From the NCBI GenBank assembly GCA_024137785.1, contig JAHRHZ010000051.1:9726379-9790378 (forward strand): a stretch of DNA of 64,000 bases, given 5' to 3'. The notes under the pieces are model-generated. The model ran no database searches. It was not told the DNA's origin and saw nothing but the letters and a program-made list of their open reading frames with translations. Source of the DNA: Ginglymostoma cirratum. Taxonomy: Eukaryota. The position numbers and the translations under genes were made by a program. Positions within the stretch are counted from its first letter, which is position 1; every line of letters starts with the position of its first letter. Of this stretch, positions 1 to 64,000 are shown piece by piece.

Positions 1-130
1 GATGGGCTAGGTTTACTGCCCTTAGAACAGAAGAGGTTGAGAGGTGACTTAATCATCAAGGTTATAAAATAATGAGGGGCTTGTATAGGAGTGGACAAAT
101 CTGTCCCTGTGTCTTTGGGCAAATAGAATT
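1..130 (+). mobile_element. CR1-like LINE ORF2 C-terminal fragment (degraded)
   Basis: Reads LGLLPLEQKRLRGDL, the RRLRGDL motif shared with the other CR1 copies here. Confidence 0.6.
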
Positions 131-489
131 CTGATACTAGTCTATGGACAATTTTAGATTAGGCCTCAGTATTGTTTTAGAATCGCAATGTGTGGAGAGA
201 GGTTGGTCCATTAATATGTTTTGGTGTTCGGTTGATGGTATTCGGAGGTACCCGAGACACCATTTAACCATTTGGAAATCAAACATGGTGTACGAAGTAA
301 TGCAAAAAAATCCCAAAATCTGCATATTTAGATTAACTTTGAATGGACCAAGTAACATTTCTAGAAGTGCAAGGTTGGAGATAGAATAAGAAACTTCATC
401 TACAAGGACAAAACCAATGATGTTGCCATTTGTTTTTCTATTACATAAGAGACATGTATTATTTAAAGATTATGCAGCTACAAGTATAG

Positions 490-848
490 CATCATAGAAA
501 CCCTATCGTGTGAAAGTAAGCTATTCGGCCCATTGCGTTCACACCGACCCTCCGAAGAGCATCCCACCCAGATCTCGTCCACTACCCTTTGCCTGCAGCC
601 TTGCATTTCCCATGGCTAATCCGCCTACCCTGCATAGCCCTGGACACTATGGGTAATTTAGCATGGCCAATCGACCTAGTCTGCACATTTTTAGACTGTG
701 GGAGGAAACTGAAGCAGCTGGAGGAAACCCTGACAGACACAAAAAAAGAACACGCAAACTTCAGAGCAGACAACTGCCCGAGGGTGGAATGGAACCTGGG
801 TCCCTGGCATGGTGAGGCAGCAGTAGTAACCACTGAGCCATTGTGCGG
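490..848 (-). mobile_element. HE1-like tRNA-derived SINE
   Basis: Minus strand begins GCACAATGGCTCAGTGGTTAC (A box) and GGTTCCATTCC (B box); reverse complement of the copy at 3150. Confidence 0.85.
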
Positions 849-1029
849 TTTGTGTTCCTATTATGTAGATTACAGAAAAGGTTGATTACTGCTTTTTTGA
901 TTCTCACACAGTGCAAAGCGTAGTAAACACTACTACTCTAATAAGATGTTGGTTGTCACAAAGTAGGGGAATAAGTTTTGCAATTCAAAACATGCTAATG
1001 AAGGAAGCAACAGGAGCATACGGACTGCA

Positions 1030-1916
1030 GCAAGTACAATGAACGCAAATTTCTTTTATTTTAATACAAAAATGCATTTTTCCACATGTGCACTGGTTTG
1101 CCAACTCTTTGGTACAGTACACTTTGATATTTGGAATCTCAATTTAATAAACCATATTTGTTAAACTGAACACGATTACCCAAACCAAACCAATGATTTT
1201 CATAAGCAGTTTGGATAAACAGAAGCATACTGTACAACCTGCTCAACAGCAGGCTCAGTTTTACATTTTGTGACTGAAATGTACTGTGAATACCAAACTA
1301 AATATTCTTATAAATTAAATGAGAAGATCTATGTACCAGTTTTAGATCAGTTTAACAATGGCTTGGCAGAATGAGGGAGAGAATATATTTCACCTCTATT
1401 AAAATTAAGAAATCATAACATTTAATTTAAAATTTACCCAATGATGAATGGATGAGGCAAACGAAAGGGCTTTTCCCATCAGGTTTAATAGTCACACACA
1501 AAATGTAAAGCATTCTCTTGTTTTATTCGGAATTTCCCTACTTCCCTCTATACAAGAACCTTTGATGAAACTTTTGACAAAGGCAGCAGTGAAATTTCAG
1601 AAACATTTTTTCAGTTCTCCTAGGCCAAATGACCATAATCACAGTGTAACAATACATGATCTGCTGTCATCTTTGGCTGGGGTTAGGCTAACAGGGTACT
1701 GACTAGCCAAAGCCTAGGAGGTTACGGTCAAAGCTACTACAGCCTGTGGTTTGGACTTCCAGCTACAAGCCAAATACAGGAATGTTTACCACCACTGAAC
1801 CTCCAGGTGTGTGACAGCATTACCTTCCATAAATTTTATAGACAAATGAAAAAATTAATCTACAAAACCTGGACCTAGTTATATTATTACACACAATACA
1901 CACATTTTATTATACT
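1030..1916 (-). other. UBR5: UBR5 3'UTR (3' boundary approximate)
   Basis: AT-rich stretch with no recognised TE between the stop codon and the polyadenylation signal. Confidence 0.7.
1055..1060 (-). promoter_or_regulatory. Polyadenylation signal AATAAA
   Basis: tttatt on + strand; TGTA just upstream (1065-1068) and GT-rich tract downstream on the minus strand; TE debris lies further downstream. Confidence 0.7.
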
Positions 1917-63733
<61,817 letters not shown>

Positions 63734-64000
63734 CTGAAGATCCAAAAATATGTAGTCAGAAAAAATTATGTTCGAATATGCTATACTTATGATCTACTCA
63801 AATTTCACATTCCAGCTGATTCAGATCGAGTCCATATTACAAACAAACTCCAGATCTAATATGCACATGGATTAGAAATTTGAAGCAAAATCTTTTATGT
63901 CATATTAGGTAAGATAGATTTCATGTAAGTAGGTCAGGCTACCTACATGAAATCAAGCAGAATCTTCATTGCAAATTTTAGCTGCCATACTCTCTCTTTC

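Overview
Eukaryotic (vertebrate) DNA, almost certainly from a cartilaginous fish (shark), judged from HE1-like and SacSINE/Deu-like SINEs and shark-type CR1 and Penelope repeats. The window holds the 3' portion of UBR5 (EDD/HYD HECT E3 ubiquitin ligase) on the minus strand. I mapped 40 coding exons (63733 down to the TAG at 1917), all GT-AG with consistent phases, 5976 nt in total (1991 aa plus stop). They cover the UBR box, MLLE/PABC domain and HECT domain, followed by a ~0.9 kb 3'UTR with AATAAA. The 5' exons lie beyond the window. Introns contain decayed CR1 and L2 LINEs, three or more SINE families, a MITE-like element and two families of Penelope-like element (PLE) relics. The most notable structures are PLE-derived hairpin insertions: the largest is a ~1.4 kb near-palindrome of a GIY-YIG endonuclease end with a 12-bp TSD and a 38-nt unpaired tail. 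Several copies carry decayed minimal hammerhead-ribozyme motifs. No prokaryotic-type systems (CRISPR, operons) are present, and most short ORFs in the supplied track are exon read-throughs or TE debris.
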